Assembly (NCBI GenBank): GCA_043228905.1
Contig: JBHGNT010000305.1
Coordinates: 1-36,776, forward strand
Length of the DNA: 36,776 bases
Source of the DNA: Azolla caroliniana
Lineage: Eukaryota; Plantae; Polypodiophyta
Reading direction: 5' to 3'
This document shows, one piece after another, positions 1 through 10,500 of the stretch. Made by a program: the position numbers and the translations under genes. Positions within the stretch are counted from its first letter, which is position 1; each line of letters begins with the position of its first letter. The notes under the pieces were generated by a model that made no database searches, was not told the origin of the DNA, and worked only from the letters and a program-made list of their open reading frames with translations.

Positions 1-1209
1 GCATCACTTCGAGCTAAAACTTAATTTTAAATATTAGTATTTCAATAAAGCTAATATTGAGGCATTTTCTTGCTTAACTGCATATTGCGAGCTCTTTATT
101 GATTATCAGATATTTTCCTTGTACAGGTCAATTTTTTTTCTTTGTGGCCAATAGGGATATATCTCACATTATGATCAACATGCTTCTGACACATCAAACA
201 ATCAGACTTTCACTTAGAAATCTTTACATTCTTGCTATGCATGTTTCTCGCCCACCATGATCATACATGGTAGAGGACCAAGGAATTCACAGCTTAAATC
301 AGCCTCATACGAAAGAAACTTTGACTTCTCACAAAGAATGTACATAATGTGGAGACAATGCCTCCATTATTATATTATTGGAATATCAGGGGGATATCAT
401 CATGAAATCTCTTCAATGGCCCCATAAAATTAAAGGTCTTAAATATTTCTCCTCAATATTGTATTCATGAAAAGTGGGATAGAGGCATCAAGATGTTCAG
501 AACTCGTAAAGTTAGAGAGTGGGATAGAGGCATCAGTGTGTTTGAACTTCAGAATAGACCAACACAGCTAGAGCTATAATCTTAGTGCTGCCCAATATAT
601 GCATACAAATTCTACCAGGTCAAAATTTGATGTCCCTCTTAGATATACTTTGCTTCCTACTAAATTAAGAATGAGTATACCAGCTTTACATGAAACACTC
701 CAAGATACACAACAATGAAAGTAGCCTGTCTGCTGCTAGTTCTACTTCACTTCACAGAAAAAAGCTTTTGATACTTATTACATATATATTTGCTATCAAA
801 CTGAATGTTTCAGCTGTGACTGCAAGTAAGTCTTGAATCATGCTCAACATCAATTTGAAGTACTAATACTGTTATAGACTTTATCCAGATAATTCTTCTC
901 AGCAAAATGGCTTGTTATTGATGACACCTAAAAATCAACTTTTTCCAATGTTTTCAATTGAATTCTTAGCACTAGAGCTTTCAGTATTATCCAAATGTAT
1001 GTGGTATCACAATAACGTAAGGACTCTTGAAAACAATCGGAGTGGATGCTCATTAACAGGTTAAGCTCGCTAAATAATCATTTTCCTTTCCGTCAGTACT
1101 TACTCAGTTATGAACCATGCAAGGGACAATGAAATAGAATATACGAGAGTATTGAAAATATAAAACATAGTTTGACAGCACCGAATGAGAGTGATAACAT
1201 ATGACATAC

Positions 1210-1602
1210 CCGCTGTTCAGATTCACCACTAAGACAAAGTCCTGGAGATATAGAGGATCCATTTTTTATTGGTTTCATCCTCCTGTTCTTAAGATATTTC
1301 TCTAGGAGTGATTTCACTAGAGCTTGCTTTGATCGATAAACTGAAAATGAGTTTTGCTTCAGGATTCTTGTCCTCTGAAAATAAGTTCTATCTCGCAAGA
1401 ATCCAACATGCAGATTTGATTCCAATTCCCTATCAAAAGTTTTTGTATTTAGTTTGGTTAGAGGGGTTGCTCCTAGCAGCGTATCTTCCCAATGAGTGGT
1501 TTGTTTTTGTAGAAGAACCCAAGCTTTGCTTAAGCATCTCTTTCTCTTCTTCTTCTTCTTCCTCTTCTGAAGTGTATCCCAATCACATTTTGCGGGTTCC
1601 AT
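1210..1602 (-). CDS. Putative first coding exon of an unidentified gene continuing leftwards (basic, NLS-like KRKKKKKRKR)
   Basis: ATGG at 1602 opens 131 stop-free codons that end exactly at a phase-0 consensus donor CGG|GTATGT (1210/1209). Upstream on the minus strand are an acceptor (ctcttttttctgcAG near 3262), a donor (AA|GTAAG near 3134) and promoter-like sequence near 3350-3900. No family was recognised. Confidence 0.35.
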
Positions 1603-2029
1603 CTGCACTTTGTTATATTTTCTCCCCTGATAACTTTGCTAGAAACAATCTCATTCCTGCTAATTCAGTTCAGGATTTGCTATCATTCTTCAGGTGTTCT
1701 TCTATCATTCCCATGTGTTTATTTTAGTGCACATTTTTGGATCATAGACCACATGCTTGGCACATCTTCGCTCACTCTGAATCAGTGTTCAAAAAAACAA
1801 GAGCTAAGTAGTTTGAAGTTGCATTGATCAAAAATCACCTTAAGATTTTGAAATTGAAGGTTCAGATACATATGAAACGTTGGATTATTCCACCATTCAA
1901 TCTATTAAAATAATTAATTTCAACAAATTTAGATAATATGATTTCTACCTTTTCGTAGATTCATCTTTTAGAGCACAGCTTTGCATACATATTTCGAAAA
2001 TTGAATCCAAATGCAGGGAATCTATTTGA

Positions 2030-3130
2030 ATTTCTTGTACAATGAATTTGTAAACTGTCTTATTCCTTTGATTTTTATGTCATAAATTTTCCAATACCTT
2101 AAGGAGCCTCATCACACAAAATTTATTGGAAATTCATAATCTACTATGTCTTTGATGAACTGCAGAATGGGGACTTTCCATTGGCCCTGGAAACTCTAAA
2201 GTTGAGACATAGCATTGAAACGGTTTGCGCTTCTTGTACAAAAAAAAAGTAAACTGTCTTATTCGTTTGTTTTTCTGTTGTAGTTTTTCCCATACAAAAT
2301 CCTCATAATCTTTAATGGAAACTGTAGATTGTGAACTTCCTATATGCCCCCAGAAATCCTAAACTGTAGATTGTGAACTTTCTATATGGCCCCAGATCAT
2401 TTGAATTGTATAATAAAACGGTAAAACTTACTTCTTCTTTTTCTCCTGTTGTAGTTATTTGAGTATCACATAGAGCCTTTCTTGCACAGATCGTGAGCTT
2501 CAGACTTAGAATCTAAATGAAAACTGCAAGCATAAACTTTGCATAGGTTGTCAGAAACACTAACGATAGGAGATATATGAGATATATCAGGGAAATTGAT
2601 TGAATTTCTTGTTGAAAATTCTACATATGAGATGTTTGAATTTCATGTACGAGAAAATTGCCATGACTGCATTAGTAATTTGTTTTCCCTGTTGTAGTCC
2701 CTTTAGTATCTTGGGAAACAGTTTACTTTTCTTCAATGATAAAAGTAGAATAACTGCATTACTCTTTTCCTTTCTTTGCCTCGGTTCTTCTACTACCTCA
2801 GGGAATTATTTTTATTCCCCGTACAATAAAAATTCCCGAACTGTGTTCCCCTGTCATCATTTTTCTCCATCTCGTTAGCATAAAATCTAGTACATGGTGG
2901 ATGAGAATTGTGGAATATAAACTTTGCATAGGCTGCTAGAATTGTGGAAAACTGATTGTATTATGTATCTTGTAAAAAAAATTAGCAAAGTGTCTAACTC
3001 CATTGGTTTTCTATTATCTAGAAACTTACAGGCTACTATATTTGTTATGAAAATTTGTTGATTGGACTTTGGGGAGGTCGCTGCAAACCCTGAAATATTA
3101 GAGATAGTAGGAGAGAAACTGAGTTCAATC
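2030..3130. repeat. Old degenerate repeat array with a nested 42-bp duplication (2319-2395)
   Basis: Recurring ttcttgtac...aaactgtcttattc, gaaactg.aga, ataaactttgcatagg.tg and cctgttgtagt motifs. aaactgtagattgtgaactt.ctatatg.ccccaga occurs twice. Confidence 0.55.
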
Positions 3131-3671
3131 TTACTTTTTTGTTCTTGTTTTATGTTGTCCTAGTTCTTCTTCCAGGGCAATGAAGACAATGACAGTGAAA
3201 TGATGGATGTATCCAAATTTTGTAGCCAGCTGGTGACTAAGTGAGATAAATGCGTCCAGATCTGCAGAAAAAAGAGAGGGAAAAGCACGGAATAATTCTC
3301 AGTTTACTTTCTGTTTTGAACTCTTTTGTTCTAGAAGCAACAAAAAAACCCTAAAATACTGACGTCACAGAAAAGTAGATCATCGCTCTCTGTGTGTGTC
3401 GAGGTTTTGAAGCCCTTAAACACGGAAGTGACAAAAGAAAGATCATGTCTCTCCCACTGTCTCTAGATGTAGAGAAAGACCTGTATAGAAGCAAAAGAAA
3501 CCTAAAATGCTGCTGGCCTGACTGAAAGGTAGACCATCGCTTTCGTTCTCTGTGTATCCTCCATTCTCCGGGGTTGGAAAAGGCGCCCGGGCATTCAATC
3601 CGTCGCCGTAGAGCAGAGAGTGGAGAAGAGCGAGAGAGATTCCATCGCTAGAGAAAAGAGGCTTCTTCTGC

Positions 3672-3683
3672 TTTGGCGCCAAA
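3672..3683. promoter_or_regulatory. Palindromic E2F-binding site TTTGGCGCCAAA
   Basis: Exact match to TTTSSCGC on both strands, inside a CpG-containing promoter/5'UTR-like stretch. A telo-box (near 3346) and TGACGTCA (3360-3367) are nearby. Confidence 0.5.
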
Positions 3684-3969
3684 ACAAAAGGAAAAAGAAA
3701 AAGAGAAACCCGGTCCCCCCCCCTCGTTCGCTTTGTTTCATCGATCCATTAGCTGTTGCTGTTCCTGCTGCTTCTTCATTTTTGCTTTAAAAAGTCTTCC
3801 TCTACTTAACGAATAACGGAGGGCTCTTTTGTGTGAATGGATGAATGAAATCAATGGCCTCTCCGCCATCTCTCTCTCTCTCCCTTAAAAGCACTCAATT
3901 ATATTAATTGTATGGAAAATCCACCGTGTTACAAGTTACAAACGTGTCTTAGTCTCCTCTACCTATCAT

Positions 3970-5870
3970 ATGCCTTTGTCGGGACACGGACTTCCTGAAA
4001 AGCCGATAGAAAACCTAAACATGCACTTCACGAAATGATCCCCACGTGCTCTCCACGTAAGAATGCCTTTCAACTTCTTCGCATAGGCTTTCGCCCAATA
4101 TCTACTATGTATATCAAACATAACAGTATTACACCTATATTCGAATTGCGTTGCAGTCCCCCGATATTGTAAAATTTGGGAACCATATCTCCAACTCTTC
4201 ACTTGGATCATTTTGAACATACCGAGGAAAAACCCCATTGTTGAGGTCAAATAACAAGAAGTTTAAACTTGCCAAGTGTTCGATAAGTTCTTCCAAGTGA
4301 TGCACTATATGACATTTAATGAACCTATGGGTAATGTCCTTCCAACATAATGGTGCAAAAGAAGCATGTACCTCTCTTTAAGGTTGAACCTAGTGGGAGC
4401 CCACCAATCATGACTGTCCATATGAATACCTTTGCACAAAATGGCAAACGGGAAGAATGCCAACCACAATTGCAATATTTGCCACCACCTTGTATTTGAC
4501 TTACATACATCCCACACCTTTTAACAATATAATGATGTCATTGCATGATGATATAGTACATTTGTAGTGACAAGTGTGTACCGTCCTATAACCATTAATC
4601 CACCCAAGATGCAATATTAATTTTCATTGGCAAATATCCATGCAACAGTGGTTGTAATTTCTCCTAAATAAATCCATATATTTGGGGGAGTACATAATCA
4701 TTGTTTGCCATCTTCAAACTCAAACAACCTTTGAGATTCATTATCAACCGCATCTCCCAAAACTACCTAGCTTGGTAGGCTTGCCATTATGTTGTTATGT
4801 ATTGTCATCGGGCATGGGTTGTATTTCCTTAACTCGCACTGATATGGAGTTGAGATTTGCACGGCATGGTGTTGGCAATGACTCGTGCCATAAACATTGG
4901 AATGCAACAGTATCTTATTTGTCACGATGATCGAGATCTTCACGTGACGATATCTCGTTGGGCATAAACAATTCATGTAGGGATATCAAGGCATCAAAGA
5001 AGACTTTATGTTGTTAACATGATGTTGTATTAATCATAATAATTGAGGTCATATATTGTAGGTTTTCATATGTATTGCTTTTTAAGTCTTCATATTGTAG
5101 TACTTTATTGGTAGCATCGATTAAGATCGCGATAAGTAAAGAGTGGTTGGAAGCAATATGTTGGTTCATATGGTTGTGTTTTCGTTGTTTGCAAGTGATA
5201 GAAGGTTGAGATTGCCCAAAGGTGACCTCAAAACGTATTGTATCACTATCATTAATTAAAAGATAGATTTCAACATCATAAATTATAATGAAAAAAATAA
5301 AACAATTACATGTTTGACAGTGTAATACCATTGTATTAGTATATTTATAAATGTATACATTGGATGTCTTTTGCCTTTTCATGGAATATTTTCAAAATAT
5401 TCCTATGTCATCTTACACAATATTTTTTGCGAGGATGGGCTTAGCTTTGGTAAACAATTACAAACTACTATTCACATGGCATGGAAACTAACTTTGTGTG
5501 ATGGCCATTTGACAATAAATTAATGTAAAAACTAGAGTGTATGATGTTAGATAAAAACGGTCGATACATACTTATACAATGCCAAGTGGGGAATTTCGTT
5601 ATATATTTGACCAATCATTCATAAAGCATTTTGCTTTGTGCACCAAATAAATCTTCATTCATGAACAAAGCCGTCTTGTTTATTAGATGTTGTTTTACAT
5701 ACAAGGTGTCACTAAATTGGGAATCGAGTCACATGCCATATTCAATCAATTATACTAAAAATAAGAGTTTGTGTTACAAAGTCAACAACAACAAAAGGAC
5801 GATAGCTGATTGTTCATCCTCATCAAACCTTACGACATGTTGTCATGGTGCGTGAAACGAAATCATCGAT
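3970..5870 (-). mobile_element. Highly decayed LINE (non-LTR retrotransposon) ORF2 remnant
   Basis: Minus-strand frames at about 4510-4325 read RWWQILQLW / FCAKVFIWTVMIGGLPLGSTLKRGTCFFC, matching the zf-RVT pattern (W..IW...K.K.F.W.....LP...L..RG..C..C) with a frameshift. About 1 kb upstream, V*DDIGIF (5418-5395) resembles a degraded (F/Y)ADD RT motif at plausible spacing. There are many stops and the boundaries are approximate. Confidence 0.6.
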
Positions 5871-5919
5871 CATACAAAAAATATTCATTTCTAGCATCTC
5901 ACATTTTGTGTTTGGATTG

Positions 5920-6062
5920 AAAATGATTCGGTGGAATTTGTTGGGATCACATTTTCCCATGTTCCACAAGATATTAGCCTTCTTCTTCCTTTTGGACGGA
6001 AAATGATTTGGTGGAATTTGGGATCACATTTTTCCACGTTCCATTAGTTATTACCCTTCTTA
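5920..6062. repeat. Imperfect ~80-bp tandem duplication
   Basis: aaaatgatt.ggtggaatttg...ggatcacatttt.cca.gttcca occurs at about 5920 and 6000. Confidence 0.8.
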
Positions 6063-6227
6063 GTTCAATAGAAGGGAGTATGGTGGGCTATACCAAGAGA
6101 ACATAACTTCATCGCATGAGAGCCTCTATATACAGATAAAATCTCACATGGTCACACGATGATGTGAAGGCCATCCATCCATCATAATACCCTGGAAAGA
6201 TCACGAGCTGCAATGGACTACTACGTA

Positions 6228-6350
6228 AAAACCCTAAACCCCATAAACCCCCCCCCCAAAACCGGGTGAAAGCTTATAAACGGGCGGACAAAAGAAAGAC
6301 ACGAGCGGATGAGTCAAAGTGGGCATGACGTCATCGCAGCTCACGTGCTG
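6228..6350 (+). promoter_or_regulatory. GC-richer promoter cluster upstream of MTP7: telo-box, TATA-like, GCN4/AP-1, C-box, G-box
   Basis: AAACCCTA near 6228, TATAAA near 6275, TGAGTCA 6310-6316, palindromic ATGACGTCAT 6325-6334 and CACGTG 6342-6347. Confidence 0.5.
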
Positions 6351-6485
6351 GCAAGCGGCAAAGGGGCACCGAGTCACGACATAAAAACAGAACGCGTTCA
6401 TCGGAAAAGGACTGCGAAAGAAAGAAAGAAAGAAACAAAAGTGACGTCCTGTCTGTGTCATTCTCTGAATGACGATTGACTGTTT

Positions 6486-6554
6486 AATTCTTCCTGTGTT
6501 TTTTTGTTTGGTCTTCGACAGCACCTAAACCAAAGAAAAAACACAGGAAGAATT
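6486..6554. repeat. Near-perfect inverted repeat (~26-bp stem, 16-nt loop)
   Basis: The left arm aattcttcctgtgtttttttgtttggt (6486-6512) pairs with accaaagaaaaaacacaggaagaatt (6529-6554). Confidence 0.9.
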
Positions 6555-7274
6555 TATTCTCCTTGCGTCTTCGACAGCACCTGTCGTTCTGTCTGGCCAT
6601 GCCAAAGCTTCGAAGGAATGAATCCATGAGGAAAACAGAAAAAGCGATTGCGAACCTATAGACTCGAGACTGTTCTCCTCGCCTCCACCATCACTGATCA
6701 GCTTAGGTTCTCCTGCGTCGTAATATTGTAATATTGCATAGGAGCGTTCATTCGTGTTCGTTGCATGCGTTAAAAAGTGAAGAAGTTAATGGTGCCGATG
6801 GAGAAAGAGGAGGAGAAGTAGCCATGCGCTGAATCCTGAAGAAAGGGAAGAAACTGAAAGAGAAGAAATAGAAGAAGCAGGAACAGCAGATGAAACCGAA
6901 TCAGCAGCCGGAGACAAGAAAGAGATTGCTAAATACCGCCGAAACAGAAGCAGAAGCAGAAGCAGACGTGCTTCAATGTAACGGGGATGCATAGTATGCT
7001 AAGTTGAGCTTTTCCAGCAACACCAAAGAATATTTGCATGCAATGGATCTTTAAAACGAAGAAGAATAGAGGAGGAGAAGAAGTAGACAATTGTTACGAC
7101 AATGAAACAGAAGTAACAGGAAAAGATAAGAGATGCACTAATTACTGCAGAAACAGAAACAAAACAGATGCACTAATTACTGCAGAAACAGAAACAAAAC
7201 AAGTAAAATCAAACGAAGAAGAAGAAGAAAAAATCAAAAGAAGAAAGAAGAAGAAATCAGGTTTTGTTGGCACA

Positions 7275-7554
7275 ATGAGGATGCTTGTGACCATATTAAG
7301 GAAATCTTTTTCAATGTCTAGCAGAAGGGAGAATGTTTTTTCTCATGGACACATTCCGGTCAAGATCTCTTGGGATCCTAGTTCATTTTCTCTCCATAAA
7401 TTGTCCTCTTTCAAAAGGCATTGGCTTCCCTCACAGGACTTTTCTCTTTCTCGTCATGGAGATATCTCTACAGTATCTGCAAATGATCTTTCATTACCTC
7501 CTCCCCCGAATCATATCTTAATTCATAAAACGAACAATACTTTTATAAGTAAGG

Positions 7555-7594
<40 letters not shown>

Positions 7595-10500
7595 TAAGAT
7601 ATTCTGAGTTCTCCATATAAGATTTGTCAGTGATCAATATAAGCAATATGTCACATATTGGTATGAATTCATTCTCTCTCCCTCTCTCCCCCTTTTTCTC
7701 TTTCCCAGTGATCAAAAAGTTCTCTAAGCAATTTTCCATCTCTCCCCAGATACTAGAGTTCAAACAGCGCCGAAGATTAAGTTCAAGCATCGATCACAAC
7801 ATGATTGCTGGCCTAAAAGCTTGGCAATAATGGAAAATATCTTCTTTTGCAATAGAGGTAGTTTGTGTAAAAGCTTACAATTCTTTTTTCTTTTAATCCT
7901 GTTAACAAGTGAATGTAGGTGCTGAAAATGGAACATTTATGGACTCCATTAGTTTTATCTCATTGACATCTAATCTCACCTCTTTCTTTGTCTTTATGTT
8001 TTTTTTACTGAAGTAGCTGATTCTTGTATTGATGAGCTGAGCCTGATCATTCCAGTCTGTGGCAAATTGTTTTTTTCCTCTCATTCTGTTCATTTAAGCC
8101 TATAGTAAAATTTGATTTTAATATAAGATATTCAGGAAAAAACCGCAATGAGAATTTCATTGTCTGCAATATTGCAACAAATTAGATGATGTAATGAATT
8201 CTCTCTTTCTCTGCAGTAATGTAGAGATGACCATTATGTATATCTCGAGTAAGTCACCGTGTTCCTATCCTCATAGGACTGAATTTCACTCGCAAATTTC
8301 ATTACTTTTTATTTGTTTTAGTTGCACACGCCCACAATATTATGCAATGACTTTTCTTGTATCCTTTGCGGTTGAGATCATCAAGCTTCTTTATCAGGTT
8401 TGAATAAAAAATATCATTGCGATTATCGTAACTTTGGGGTGATTTAATTCTAAGACTAAAGAAAATATTTTATTTAAGTTCTGGTAATGGTTAAAGTTAG
8501 AATTTGATGACTAACATTGAATGTGATATCTGCCAAGTCTGAAGATTACTTTTGAACATTTTTGTTAACAGTCTTTAATATTGGTTTTGTATGCCTTTAT
8601 ATTATATAGACATCTGATTTCTGGAGCTTTGACCTTGCACAGCCTTTAGTTCTGATGCTGTAAACGGAGGTCATGATCATGTTGCTACCCCAGAAATCCA
8701 AGACTACAGGTACGTAGCAATTAGATGGTCTGTCTTTCAATCACTATTAACACACTCCTAGTCTTTGCTACCTATAATTGCAAGTGGATAATATTAATTT
8801 ATCTTATGTTTGGCTGTAAGTAGCATGATTCAAGTATTTTTTTTAGTCTTAACATTGAATATAAAGTGCGGTTATAGCAACAGAAACTTTCAAATTAGGT
8901 GCATTTTACAAAATATACAATGGCATTCTGTAGCCCTTTACATTTCACGATTTTAATTTTTTTGTTACACTCTGTGCATATGGATTTTTTTTAAAGATTT
9001 GTACTCTGTTGGTGATTTGTAGAGTCTAAGTAGAAGTCTGTGTTGCATGGTAGAATTTTCTCTGTACACTTTTTGCTCATAATCGTATAACTGCAGAACA
9101 AAAACATATGGTTGAATGCTATATAAGCTGGACAATGCTCTAGATTTTCACTGCAATGATATTTCATTTACTCTATTTATGTTTCTTAGAGATTGTTAAT
9201 GATAGTCTGAAGAAAACTATGTAGAAATAAGTCTGAAGCTGAAGTGTCCATATTGCTAGAAATGTGCGTAGTGCATCATGTGACAGTTTTTTATGCTCTA
9301 GATTTTCACTGCAATGATATTTCATTTAATATATTTATGTTTCTTAGAGATTGTTAATGATAGTCTGAAGAAAACTATATTGAAATAAGTCTGAAGCAGA
9401 AGTGTCCATATTGCTAGAAATGTGTGTAGTGCAACACATGTGGTCAGGCATGTTGCATTTTCTTATGTATTTGAAAATACAAAATGTTGCTATGCAGTCA
9501 GAGAGCTGTCACTGTAGCACTTTGGTGCAATTTTATAATCTTCTCCTTGAAGTGTAGCATGTGGGTAATGAGCTCAAGCCATGTATTGCTTGCTGAAGCT
9601 GTCCATTCTCTAGCAGACCTCGCCAATCAGGTGAGGCATTGTCAAAAGTGAGAAAGAAGATGGAGATAGTCTAGGTTTATAAGATGTGAAAGATTAAAAG
9701 CATCTTAAGATTCATTTAAGTACGTGATGACGAAACATAAACAATAAGAATCCATATGAATACATTTGTTTAGAGTGATTTCAAGTTTGCATTTTGATTT
9801 CATCTTGCAGGCCTTACTGGCATATGGTCTAATCAGTTCCAGAAGAGCACCTGATGATATGCATCCGTGTGTAATTTTTCTATCTTAATATATTATGCTG
9901 TAAAAATTGTGTTTAACTTTTTGTTCCCATGAAGCTTTTTTCTGCAATAACTTGCAAAGTCTTTCCTTCAAGAATATTTAATCCGGTGAATTGGCTGCTT
10001 GATTCCAGGTATGGATATTCAAAGGAGAGGTTTGTTTGGTCTCTCATTTCAGCTGTTGGTATCTTTTGTTTAGGGTCTGGTGCTACAATTGTTGATGGAT
10101 TTTCAAACCTATGGAAGGCAGAGGTCACACAACTATTCTGTATTTATGATTCTTTAGTTTTATGTTTCCTCCACGCAGCTGCTCATTTTAGTGGAACATG
10201 TTAGTTTTGACAGCTTCCAGATAACATACATATTGCATTTATGGTTCTTGGTGGTTCCATGATAATGGAAGGTACAACTAAATTAACATGAGAGGAACGA
10301 AATTCAAGCTAAGCTTTTGTATTTTTGCTTATGAATACTACAATTTCAGGCATTTCGTTGCTAGTTGCCCTTAGTGCTGTGCGTAAAGGAGCTACTGCAG
10401 AAGGCATGACCATGTGGGGTTACTGTTGGCATGGTCATGACCCAACGGCTGTTGCTGTTTTGATGGAGGTATAATGGAGACATGAATATATTTGGTCCTA

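Noticed and set aside
6786-7260. Minus-strand ORF or antisense gene suggested by strong purine skew
   Set aside because: The skew is explained by GAA/GCAGAA low-complexity leader sequence, and the peptide is Leu/Ser low-complexity.
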